Source: Oscillospiraceae bacterium (GTDB lineage Bacteria; Bacillota; Clostridia; Oscillospirales; CAG-272). Taken from it: a stretch of DNA of 64,000 nucleotides. The DNA lies in contig SVRQ01000002.1 in the NCBI GenBank assembly GCA_015064725.1, positions 17,972 through 81,971 of the forward strand, in the 5' to 3' direction. Positions 39,195-47,277 of the stretch are shown here, one piece after another (position 1 is the first letter of the stretch; each line of letters begins with the position of its first letter). Below the pieces are notes generated by a model. That model did no database searches. It worked only from the letters and a program-made list of their open reading frames with translations, and had not been told where the DNA came from. Position numbers and translations under genes: made by a program.

Positions 39195-39563
39195 TTACTT
39201 TTTCTTTTTGCTGAGCGTCAGCTCAAAGCTTATATCGGTAAGATAGCGCAGAAAGTCCGCGTCCGTGCCATCCCCCAAGGATGCGCTTATCCAATGCCCC
39301 TTGTTCATATGGTAAGCGGGAAAAAATCCTTTTTCCTGCCAGAGGGAGCAAAGCAGCCCTTGCTCGCATTTTAGGTTTACTATGTCTATATCTCCGCTTT
39401 CTGCGATACCGAGCTTGCTCTTGGGTATAGTCATAACAACGGCGAACCATTTTTTGCTTCCCGCGTGGCGGAAAACGGCAAAATTCGGGTATTTTTCAAA
39501 AGGATATTCCGCGGATACGCCAAAGCTTTCTTCAATAAATTTTTCAAATTCCGTTCTGTTCAT
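39195..39563 (-). CDS. MmcQ/YjbR family protein
   Basis: EYPF, VFRH...KKWFA, VNLKC, GFFPAYHMNKGHWIS, SFELT. Confidence 0.85.
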   Translation of the reverse strand: MNRTEFEKFIEESFGVSAEYPFEKYPNFAVFRHAGSKKWFAVVMTIPKSKLGIAESGDIDIVNLKCEQGLLCSLWQEKGFFPAYHMNKGHWISASLGDGTDADFLRYLTDISFELTLSKKKK

Positions 39564-39663
39564 AGCACACCTCTTCTCCTATATGAGATAATTATACCAC
39601 GTTTGGGGGAATTTTTCAAAAAAATCCACAAAATGAAGCCGATATTATTGTAATACACCCTTG

Positions 39664-39692
39664 TTGACAGCACAACAAGCGGATGTTATAAT
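39664..39692 (+). promoter_or_regulatory. Sigma-A type promoter of the enoate reductase/AcnX operon
   Basis: TTGACA-17 nt-TATAAT with extended -10 TG. Confidence 0.7.
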
Positions 39693-39756
39693 ATTTATAT
39701 ATTTGTTATATTTATACACTTTGCAAGTTGAAATATCTACGAAAGGATAATTTATT

Positions 39757-41826
39757 ATGAATCAGATCGACAAAAAATACGAGGCGCTGTTTACCCCTTG
39801 GAAGATCGGCAATGTGGAGATTAAGAACCGCATAGTTATGTGTCCTATGGGCGGAACGTCGCTTTTCGGCTGGTTCGAGCTTGGCGGCTGCCACTTTGAC
39901 AAAGAGGCGGCAAAGCTTTTCCTTGAACGAGCAAAAAACAACGTGGGACTCATCATCCCCGGAATCGCGCCCCTGCGCGACACCTTCTGGGGCAAATGGC
40001 TCTGGCAGAACCCAAAAATGTTTGAAGAGCTTAAAGTCTTTATGGAGGAGATACATAAAACGGGCGCAAAGCTGTTTATTCAGCTTACGGCGGGTATGGG
40101 ACGTTCCTGGGCGATAACGGAGCTTGTTGCGCCCTTGCACAAAAATAAGTTTACGCGCGCGCTCATCAAGCCTATCATAGATACTTCCCACGAGCTTGCA
40201 AGTCCCAGCCCGCAGAAGTCCCGCTGGGCACACGATATTGAATGCCCCGAAATGACCGTGGAGCAGATACACGAAATTATAGAAGCTTTCGCGAAGACGG
40301 CGAAGCTCTGCCGCGATGCGGGCGTTGACGGTGTAGAAGTCCACGCCGTTCACGAGGGCTACCTTCTTGACCAGTTTGCAATAGAGTTTTTCAACAAACG
40401 CACGGACGATTACGGCGGCAGCTTTGAAAACCGCTACCGCTTTGCAACGGACGTTGTAAAGGCTATAAAAGAAGCGTGCGGAGAAGATTTCCCCGTTTCG
40501 CTCCGCTACTCCGTAGAATCCAAGATGAAGGGCTTCTGCGAAGGCGCTATGCCCGGCGAGGATTACGTTGAAGTCGGCAGAAATATGGAAGAATCCGAAA
40601 AAGCCGCAAAATATCTTCAGGATGCCGGCTACGATATGCTCAACGCGGATAACGGTACGTACGACTCCTGGTATTGGGCTCATCCGCCGATGTATATGCC
40701 CGAAAACTGCAACCTCGATGACGTTGCACATATTAAGAAATTCGTTGATATCCCCGTTGTTTGTGCGGGCAGAATGGATGCCGAGGTCGGTGCTGCCGCC
40801 GTTGCACAGGGCAGGATAGACGCTGTCGGCGTTGCACGCCAATTCCTTACTGATCCCGAATGGGTAACAAAGATGATAGAGGACAGGGTAGAGGACATCA
40901 AGCCTTGCATATGCTGCCACGCAGGCTGCTTTAACTTCTCCTCCTCCAAGGGTCATGCAAACACGCAGGACCTTACGGATACGATGGGACTTGCGCGCTG
41001 CGCTCTCAACCCCGAAACGATGCAATCGAAGAAATATTACGTAGAGCCTGCAAAGAAGCAGAAGAAGATAGCCGTTATCGGCGGCGGTATCGGCGGTATG
41101 GAGGCTGCTATCCTCCTTGCCAAGCGCGGCCATAAGGTAACTCTCTACGAAAAGAGCGATAAGCTTGGCGGCGTATTTATCGCGGCGGCAGCCCCCTCCT
41201 TCAAGGAAAAGGACAGAGCTCTTATCGCGTGGTACATCCGCGAGCTTGCAAAATATCCCATCGATGTGAAGATGAACACCGAAATTACGGACGTGAAAGC
41301 GCTCGACGCAGATGAAATTATCGTTGCAACGGGTGCTAAAGCCAAGAAGATCCCCATTAAAGGCGCGGACACGGCTATAGAAGCTGTAGATTTCCTCCTT
41401 GGCAAAGCCGAGGTCGGAGAAAACGTTACCGTTATCGGCGGCGGTCTTACGGGCTGTGAAATAGCATATGAGCTTTACCTTAACGGCAAAAAGCCCACTA
41501 TCGTGGAAATGCAGGATGACCTTATCACAACAAAGGGCATCTGCCTTGCCAACACAAGCTACCTTCGTGATTTCTTCAAAACGAACAAGGTTCCCGTTCA
41601 CCTTGAAACATCCCTCTGCGAGATAGGAGAGGGCAAGGTTACGGTTAAAGATAAAGACGGCAAGACGTTTGATATTGCCGCAGATTCCGTTATTATGTCC
41701 GTGGGCTACAACCCCGCGCCCGTTGTTTCCAAGGGCAAAAACGTTCACGTTATCGGCGATGCCGCTTCCGTGGGCAACCTCAGAACAGTTATCTGGGGCG
41801 CTTGGGACGTATGTATGAAGCTGTAA
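39757..41826 (+). CDS. 2-enoate reductase-like FMN/FAD/4Fe-4S oxidoreductase (Old Yellow Enzyme family)
   Basis: LFTP.KIG..EIKNRIVM.PMG, EVHAVHEGYLLDQF, NKRTDDYGGSFENR, CICCHAGC...C.LNP, IGGGIGGMEAA, IGGGLTGCE. Confidence 0.88.
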   Translation: MNQIDKKYEALFTPWKIGNVEIKNRIVMCPMGGTSLFGWFELGGCHFDKEAAKLFLERAKNNVGLIIPGIAPLRDTFWGKWLWQNPKMFEELKVFMEEIHKTGAKLFIQLTAGMGRSWAITELVAPLHKNKFTRALIKPIIDTSHELASPSPQKSRWAHDIECPEMTVEQIHEIIEAFAKTAKLCRDAGVDGVEVHAVHEGYLLDQFAIEFFNKRTDDYGGSFENRYRFATDVVKAIKEACGEDFPVSLRYSVESKMKGFCEGAMPGEDYVEVGRNMEESEKAAKYLQDAGYDMLNADNGTYDSWYWAHPPMYMPENCNLDDVAHIKKFVDIPVVCAGRMDAEVGAAAVAQGRIDAVGVARQFLTDPEWVTKMIEDRVEDIKPCICCHAGCFNFSSSKGHANTQDLTDTMGLARCALNPETMQSKKYYVEPAKKQKKIAVIGGGIGGMEAAILLAKRGHKVTLYEKSDKLGGVFIAAAAPSFKEKDRALIAWYIRELAKYPIDVKMNTEITDVKALDADEIIVATGAKAKKIPIKGADTAIEAVDFLLGKAEVGENVTVIGGGLTGCEIAYELYLNGKKPTIVEMQDDLITTKGICLANTSYLRDFFKTNKVPVHLETSLCEIGEGKVTVKDKDGKTFDIAADSVIMSVGYNPAPVVSKGKNVHVIGDAASVGNLRTVIWGAWDVCMKL

Positions 41827-41961
41827 GCTTCATACAGTGAAATTGCGGCTTTGCCGCAGTGAAATTCGCCTTCAGCGAATGAAATGTTGCTTTGCAACGT
41901 GAAATATTTCTCTTCGGGAAATGTTTAGGTTGATATTCCGCGCATATGCGCGGAATATCAA
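41812..41961 (+). repeat. Array of short hairpins separated by a repeated TGAAAT motif
   Basis: TGAAAT at 41838, 41860, 41880 and 41900, each followed by a different 4-6 bp stem-loop. Longer palindromes lie at both ends. Confidence 0.7.
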
Positions 41962-41990
41962 AAATTAAATTATAAAGAAAGGTATTTGAT

Positions 41991-43265
41991 ATGATCCTTA
42001 CTAAAGAACAGCAGGCTATACTTGATGGGGAAAAGGGCGAAACTCTTGCCAAGGTAATGAAAACGCTCGTTATGTACGGCGACGCTTTTGAAGCGGAAAA
42101 GCTTGTACCCATCACTTCAAAATACAATCACCTTGTAACATCCTTCGGACTTAAAGTAATGTCCCCTGTGTATGATCTTATGCAAAAGCTCCTTGACGCG
42201 GGCGTGGCAAGCGGACAGAAATTCTCCGTTGACCCAAGACCCCTTGATAAAAACGTCCCCGCAAACTTCCTGCAGAACCTTGTGTTCAACAAATTTATGT
42301 ACACAAAGCAGGATTTTTACGAAGAACAGCTTGAAAAGCTCGGCCTTATGGATAAGGACGCATTCTCCTGCGCCTGCTATATGGACGAGGTTGGCAACAA
42401 GCCGCAGAAGGGCGAGGTGCTTTCCTGGGCGGAATCAAGTGCGGTAGTTTACGCAAACTCCGTTCTCGGCGCAAGATGCAACCGTAACTCCGGTATTATC
42501 GATATTATGGGCTCTATCGTCGGATACGTTCCTTATTTCGGACTTCTCACGGACGAGGGAAGAAAAGCTACTTGGGTAGTAAAAGTGAACACAACGAAGA
42601 AACCGGAAGCACAGCTTCTCGGTTCTGCCATCGGTATGAAGGTTATGGAGGACGTTCCCTACGTTGTGGGCCTTGACAAGTGGATAGGAACAGAGCTTAA
42701 CGATGCCGCTTGCGCTTACCTTAAAGATTTCGGCGCGGCAACAGCCTCTAACGGTGCTGTCGGCCTTTATCACATCGAAAACCTCACTCCCGAAGCTGTA
42801 GAGCTTGGCGAAAAGCTTATTGCAGAGGGTGCGAAGGAATATATCATCGACGATGCCGAGCTTGAAAGAGTTCAGAAAAATTACCCCGTTATTTGGAAAG
42901 ATCCCGATGCCGCACCAAAGCTTTGCTTTGTTGGCTGCCCTCACCTCTCCCTTGAACAGCTCAAGGATTGGACGGTAAAGATAGAAGCTTCCCTTAAAGA
43001 AAACGGCGCAAAGAAGGTTTGCATTCCCACTGTGCTTACAGCCGCCCCCAAGGTGCTGGAAGCGTTTGAAAAAACGGAATATGCCGCAAAACTCAAGGCA
43101 ACGGGTGTTATCACGTCGTATATCTGCCCGCTTATGTATATGAACAATCCGCTTTGCAAGAAGATGCCCGTTATAACATCCTCCAACAAGCTTCGCACTT
43201 ATACAAGCGCAAGATACTATACGGATGCGGAAATTCTCAAAGCCATCACAGGAGGTAAAAAGTAA
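41991..43265 (+). CDS. Aconitase X catalytic (Fe-S) subunit, DUF521
   Basis: M.LT.EQQAILDGEKG, FSCACY, WAESSAVVYANSVLGARCNR, GAA.ASNGAVGLYHI...TPEA, VGCPHLS, ICP. Confidence 0.88.
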   Translation: MILTKEQQAILDGEKGETLAKVMKTLVMYGDAFEAEKLVPITSKYNHLVTSFGLKVMSPVYDLMQKLLDAGVASGQKFSVDPRPLDKNVPANFLQNLVFNKFMYTKQDFYEEQLEKLGLMDKDAFSCACYMDEVGNKPQKGEVLSWAESSAVVYANSVLGARCNRNSGIIDIMGSIVGYVPYFGLLTDEGRKATWVVKVNTTKKPEAQLLGSAIGMKVMEDVPYVVGLDKWIGTELNDAACAYLKDFGAATASNGAVGLYHIENLTPEAVELGEKLIAEGAKEYIIDDAELERVQKNYPVIWKDPDAAPKLCFVGCPHLSLEQLKDWTVKIEASLKENGAKKVCIPTVLTAAPKVLEAFEKTEYAAKLKATGVITSYICPLMYMNNPLCKKMPVITSSNKLRTYTSARYYTDAEILKAITGGKK

Positions 43266-43711
43266 TGAAACAGTTTAAAGGAAGAGTAATAGCCCCCGGA
43301 GAAGTAACGGCAGAGGCTGTTGTAACAACGCAGGGCTTCAATACGCTTGCATCTTTCCAGATGGCGCTCCAATTCGGAGATAAAGAGGTAAAATGCGGCG
43401 ATCAGAATAATGCGGAGCTTCACGGCAAGCCCCTTATCGGCAAGGCGCTCTGCCTTCCGCAGACCATCGGCTCTACCACGGGCGGCCTTGTTCTCTACTG
43501 CGCTTGCGCGATGGAAAGAAACCCCGCTTGTATGCTTTTCGCAAATCATATAGATTCCCTTGCGGCGGCTGGCGCTATCCTTGCGGACGTTTGGGTGGAC
43601 GGCGTTTCTATGCCCGTTGTGGACTGCCTCGGTGATGAATTTTTGAACTACGTTAAGGACGGAATGAAAGTTACCGTAAAAGCAGACGGCGTGGTTGAAG
43701 TAGAAGAATGA
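43265..43711 (+). CDS. Aconitase X swivel subunit, DUF126
   Basis: FKGRVI.PG...AEA.V, L.GK...GKAL.LP..IGSTTG (catalytic Ser position), P..MLF...ID..AAAGAI.A. TAATG coupling. Confidence 0.85.
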   Translation: MKQFKGRVIAPGEVTAEAVVTTQGFNTLASFQMALQFGDKEVKCGDQNNAELHGKPLIGKALCLPQTIGSTTGGLVLYCACAMERNPACMLFANHIDSLAAAGAILADVWVDGVSMPVVDCLGDEFLNYVKDGMKVTVKADGVVEVEE

Positions 43712-44724
43712 GAAGATATGCGATTTACGGCGCGGGCTCGCTCGGAACGGTGCTCGGCGCATATATTACCCAAAACGGCGGCAAGATAGACCTTATCAAC
43801 CGCAATAAAGCTCACGTTGAAGCGCTTCGCAAGAACGGCGCGAGGATCACGGGAACGGTGGAAATGACCGTGCCTGTGAACGCTCTTACTCCGGACGAGA
43901 TGGACGGAAAATACAACGTCATATTGCTTATGACAAAACAGCTTTTCAATAAAGAAGTTGTGGCGTTTTTGAAGGATCATCTTTCCGAGGACGGCGTTAT
44001 CGTAACGCTCCAGAACGGGCTTCCCGAGCCCAGTATTGCGGAGATAATCGGCGCGGACAGAACTATGGGCTGCGTTGTTGAGTGGGGCGCGGCATTGACT
44101 GCTCCCGGCGTTTGCACGCTTACAAGCGAGGAGTCCGGTCTTTCCTTCCATATGGGCAAGATGGACGGCATTACGCAATCTCAGTTCAACGAGGTAAAAG
44201 AGCTGCTTGAGCTTATGTGTCCGGTACACGAAGAACCCAATCTTATCGGCGCGCGCTGGTCCAAGCTGCTTATAAATGCCACTTTTTCCGGACTCGGTAC
44301 GGTCGTTGGCGGCGTTTTCGGCGACGTTTCCGAAAACCGCGCGGCACGCAAGGTTGCGGTGCGCTGTATGAAAGAGTGTATAGACGTGGGTCACGCGGCG
44401 GGTGCGGAATTTGCACCCGTGCAGGGCAAGAACATCACGGCGCTCTTTTATTACAAGGGTGCTCTCAAACGCGCCGTTGCTACGGCTCTTATTCCCATTG
44501 CTATGAAGAAGCACCGCAAGATCGAACCCTCTATGCTTCAGGACCTGAAGAAAAACAAGCCCTGCGAGATAGATGCGATAAACGGTATCGTTTGCGAATG
44601 GGGCAAAAAATGCGGTGTTGCAACGCCTATCAATGACAGAATAGTCGATATAGTTAAAAAATGCGAAAACGGCACGCTCAAGCCTTGCGCGGAAAACATC
44701 AAGTTATTTGACGATCTGCTTTAA
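43708..44724 (+). CDS. Ketopantoate reductase (ApbA/PanE) family 2-oxoacid reductase
   Basis: IYGAGSLG, L.TK, TLQNG, RWSKLLINA, PSMLQDL....PCEIDAING, GVATP.N. ATGA coupling. Confidence 0.85.
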   Translation: MRRYAIYGAGSLGTVLGAYITQNGGKIDLINRNKAHVEALRKNGARITGTVEMTVPVNALTPDEMDGKYNVILLMTKQLFNKEVVAFLKDHLSEDGVIVTLQNGLPEPSIAEIIGADRTMGCVVEWGAALTAPGVCTLTSEESGLSFHMGKMDGITQSQFNEVKELLELMCPVHEEPNLIGARWSKLLINATFSGLGTVVGGVFGDVSENRAARKVAVRCMKECIDVGHAAGAEFAPVQGKNITALFYYKGALKRAVATALIPIAMKKHRKIEPSMLQDLKKNKPCEIDAINGIVCEWGKKCGVATPINDRIVDIVKKCENGTLKPCAENIKLFDDLL

Positions 44725-44778
44725 AAAGTGAATATACTTCCGTAAACCAACGGTTGATGAAAATATTCCCCCCGATAA

Positions 44779-44807
44779 TTGACAATCGGGGGGAATTATG
44801 CTATACT
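44779..44807 (+). promoter_or_regulatory. Sigma-A type promoter overlapping the upstream operon's terminal hairpin
   Basis: TTGACA-17 nt-TATACT with extended TG. The -35 lies in the loop of attccccccgat/atcggggggaat. Confidence 0.7.
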
Positions 44808-44851
44808 GTAAGTGCAGTAAGATGCAAATACAGCCAAAGGAGGCGATTATT

Positions 44852-44905
44852 ATGATCAAAACTTATATTATCGGATGTCATATTTATCGCCTGCAAACAC
44901 TTTAA
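44852..44905 (+). CDS. Putative leader peptide MIKTYIIGCHIYRLQTL
   Basis: Strong RBS aaaggagg before the ATG, 17 codons, directly after the promoter and before a terminator. Confidence 0.55.
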   Translation: MIKTYIIGCHIYRLQTL

Positions 44906-44933
44906 GGCAGGTATTTTCACATAGCTTTTTTAT

Positions 44934-44961
44934 GCACATCCGATCTCGGGTGTGTTTTTTT
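44934..44961 (+). terminator. Attenuator terminator 1
   Basis: gcacatccg-atct-cgggtgtgt followed by a T run. Confidence 0.65.
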
Positions 44962-44990
44962 GTTATGGGAATTTACCTTGAAAAAATGGA

Positions 44991-45051
44991 AAGCCTCTTC
45001 CGCCTGCGCAAGCTGACACCTTCCCCGAAAGGGAAGGCTTTGCGGCGGATC
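44991..45051. repeat. RIME/REP-like unit within the leader region
   Basis: cctcttccgcc...gacaccttccccgaaagggaaggc, bracketed by the inverted repeats tatgggaat/attcccata. Confidence 0.55.
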
Positions 45052-45088
45052 GGGTGAAGTGTATCATTCCCATATAAATTTATTTGCG

Positions 45089-45119
45089 AAAGCACCCGAA
45101 GAGGGTGCTTTTTGTTTTT
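45089..45119 (+). terminator. Attenuator terminator 2
   Basis: aaagcaccc-gaaga-gggtgcttt followed by ttgttttt. Confidence 0.65.
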
Positions 45120-45239
45120 CGTGGAAACGCCCCTTTAATATAAGTCATAACGGAAAATCCGGAAGCTTGAAAGGAGAATTTTTTATGAATTATATTATAA
45201 CTTTTACATCATTTTTGAAAAAAGAAAGAGGGGATGCCC

Positions 45240-47042
45240 ATGAAGAGATTAAAAAACAAATTATTGGCTATGGAAACAAGTACAACAACGTACAAGGAAA
45301 TGTACGAGGGCTATATGCTCGTTTACGACCCTGCGTATGATATGGATCCTGTGGACGAATATAACCCGACTTATTATAACGAAAGAATTGGTTTTCAGAT
45401 AACGGGAACGCACAAGCTCGCGCAGGATAAGCCGACCGTGACCATAAGCATACCCTGTGATATGCTCGGTATCGATACGATGGAGGCGGATATGAAGACC
45501 GCAGCGGCGGACTTTTGCCTTCGTGCCTTCGGAAAATACATCGAGGAGCTTAACGAGGAGCTTTACAACAGAAGCCGCCCCGATAACGAAAACGGAAAAT
45601 ATTATTTGTGCCGCCCGGGCGGCGAGGTGCTGAAGCGAAACACGGCGTACTTCGCTCTTTGTCCGCAGAAGGATTACAGATATTGGCACGGCTCTGATGT
45701 TGTGCTTTTGAAAGACGGAGTTTCCCGTCCTCCGCTTATGTGCCTTTGCATAAGGATGCAGGTCCAGCTTCCCAAAAAGAAGCTTCGCAAAACGGTGCAG
45801 ATGCTCTGCCGCGACCTGCCGGATGCGGTCGATCGCTTTATAATGAATTTTGACGGCGGTGCGCTTGAAAAGAGCCTCTCTCTTGCAAGAAAGCAGAGCG
45901 ATATTCGCAAAAGCCTTAAAGAAAGCGAATATTGCGCTTTCGTTGCCAACGGCAGCATATTGCCGCGTGCCAAGGGAACCGACCTTCCTATGCTTGATGC
46001 CGTCCCGTTCAAGTCCACGCCCGACGATGAGATAGAGATATGCGGTGTGCGCGGTATGGGTATCAAAAAAGGCGTTACCGTTATAACGGGCGGCGGCTAT
46101 TCGGGGAAATCCACGCTGCTGGATGCCATTTCCGCGGGAATATACGATCACGTTTTCGGGGACGGCCGCGAGCTTTGCATCACGGACGAAAGCGCCATTA
46201 CCATCTCCGCAGAGGACGGGCGAAGCGTAAAGCACGTAAATATTTCGCCTTTTATAAAGTGGCTTCCCAGCGGGGACACGGCGGATTTTTCCACCGACCA
46301 CGCATCGGGCTCCACCTCGCAAGCGGCGAACATTATGGAAGCCATTGACGTAGGAGCGAAGCTCCTTCTTATAGACGAAGACAGGAGTGCGACGAACTTT
46401 ATGATCCGCGACGGTATGATGAAGGAGCTTATCGAAAAAGAGCCCATAACGCCGTTTACGGACAGAGTGAATGAGATTTACCTTGCTCGCGGCGTTTCCA
46501 CCATTCTTGTTATCGGCGGAAGCGGCGAATACCTTTCCGTTGCGGACAGGGTCTATATGATGGAGGATTACCTTATACACGACGTTACGGCAAGAGCAAA
46601 GGATATATGTGCCTTGCGCGGCTCTGCACCGCAGTTCCCGGATGGTGCGGATTGGACGCAGGGCAGAACGCTCTACGCCGAAGGATTTTCCTCCTATCCC
46701 GAGGGAAGCGGCACGGAAAAGCTGGAGGTTTCCGATATGGGCTTTATACTTATCGGGGACGAGAGGATAGACGTGCGCGGACTGCACGACGTCATCTCTG
46801 CGCGCCAGCTCGACACTCTCGGCTTTATGCTCCGTTATCTTGAGCTTTCAAACAAGGATAACGTGGTTGACATTCGCAAAAAGATAGATGATATGTACGA
46901 AAAAACGGAGAAGGAGGGAATAGATATTCTCTATTCCGCGTTCTTCACCACTTGCGAAAGGTTTCTTGATCTTCCGCGCAAGCAGGAGCTTTTCGCGCTT
47001 ATCAACCGTATGAGAAAGATAAAATTTTTGAAGGAGGCGTGA
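45240..47042 (+). CDS. Predicted ABC-class ATPase (PF09818-like), soluble
   Basis: AFVANGSILPR, GVTVITGGGYSGKSTLL.AI..GIYDH..GDGRE, AEDGR, ASGSTSQAANI.EA, IDEDRSATNFMIRD, EPITPF. Confidence 0.8.
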   Translation: MKRLKNKLLAMETSTTTYKEMYEGYMLVYDPAYDMDPVDEYNPTYYNERIGFQITGTHKLAQDKPTVTISIPCDMLGIDTMEADMKTAAADFCLRAFGKYIEELNEELYNRSRPDNENGKYYLCRPGGEVLKRNTAYFALCPQKDYRYWHGSDVVLLKDGVSRPPLMCLCIRMQVQLPKKKLRKTVQMLCRDLPDAVDRFIMNFDGGALEKSLSLARKQSDIRKSLKESEYCAFVANGSILPRAKGTDLPMLDAVPFKSTPDDEIEICGVRGMGIKKGVTVITGGGYSGKSTLLDAISAGIYDHVFGDGRELCITDESAITISAEDGRSVKHVNISPFIKWLPSGDTADFSTDHASGSTSQAANIMEAIDVGAKLLLIDEDRSATNFMIRDGMMKELIEKEPITPFTDRVNEIYLARGVSTILVIGGSGEYLSVADRVYMMEDYLIHDVTARAKDICALRGSAPQFPDGADWTQGRTLYAEGFSSYPEGSGTEKLEVSDMGFILIGDERIDVRGLHDVISARQLDTLGFMLRYLELSNKDNVVDIRKKIDDMYEKTEKEGIDILYSAFFTTCERFLDLPRKQELFALINRMRKIKFLKEA

Positions 47043-47049
47043 TGCAGAT

Positions 47050-47262
47050 ATGATGAAAATTACCATTGCAGAAAAAATAAAGTCTTACAGAAGCAAAAAC
47101 GCCCTTTCGCTTAATGATTTCGGAAGGCTCATCGGCGTTTCTGCACAAGCCGTTTGCAAATGGGAGCAGGAAAAATGCTATCCCGATATAATCTTCCTGC
47201 CCCGTCTTGCAAAAATATTGGAATGCCGCGTGGACGATTTCTTTGAAGGAAGCGCGGAGTGA
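47050..47262 (+). CDS. XRE family helix-turn-helix protein
   Basis: IKSYR....LS...FGRLIGVSAQAVCKWE....YPDI..L..LA. Confidence 0.85.
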   Translation: MMKITIAEKIKSYRSKNALSLNDFGRLIGVSAQAVCKWEQEKCYPDIIFLPRLAKILECRVDDFFEGSAE

Positions 47263-47277
47263 TTGGGGGTGAGGCCT

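Noticed and set aside
39757-41826. Possible bilirubin reductase (BilR) or bile-acid BaiCD/BaiH
   Set aside because: The active-site segment reads HAVHEGY (enoate-reductase type), not the HGDR motif of BilR, and there are no bai operon genes nearby.
41830-41930. Mini CRISPR array
   Set aside because: The constant part is only 6-7 nt, the 'spacers' are self-complementary 14-16-mers, and there are no cas genes.
41991-43711. AcnX as part of an archaeal-type mevalonate or hydroxyproline pathway
   Set aside because: There is no mevalonate kinase, UbiD/UbiX, HMG-CoA enzyme, proline racemase or pyrroline-carboxylate reductase gene in the window.
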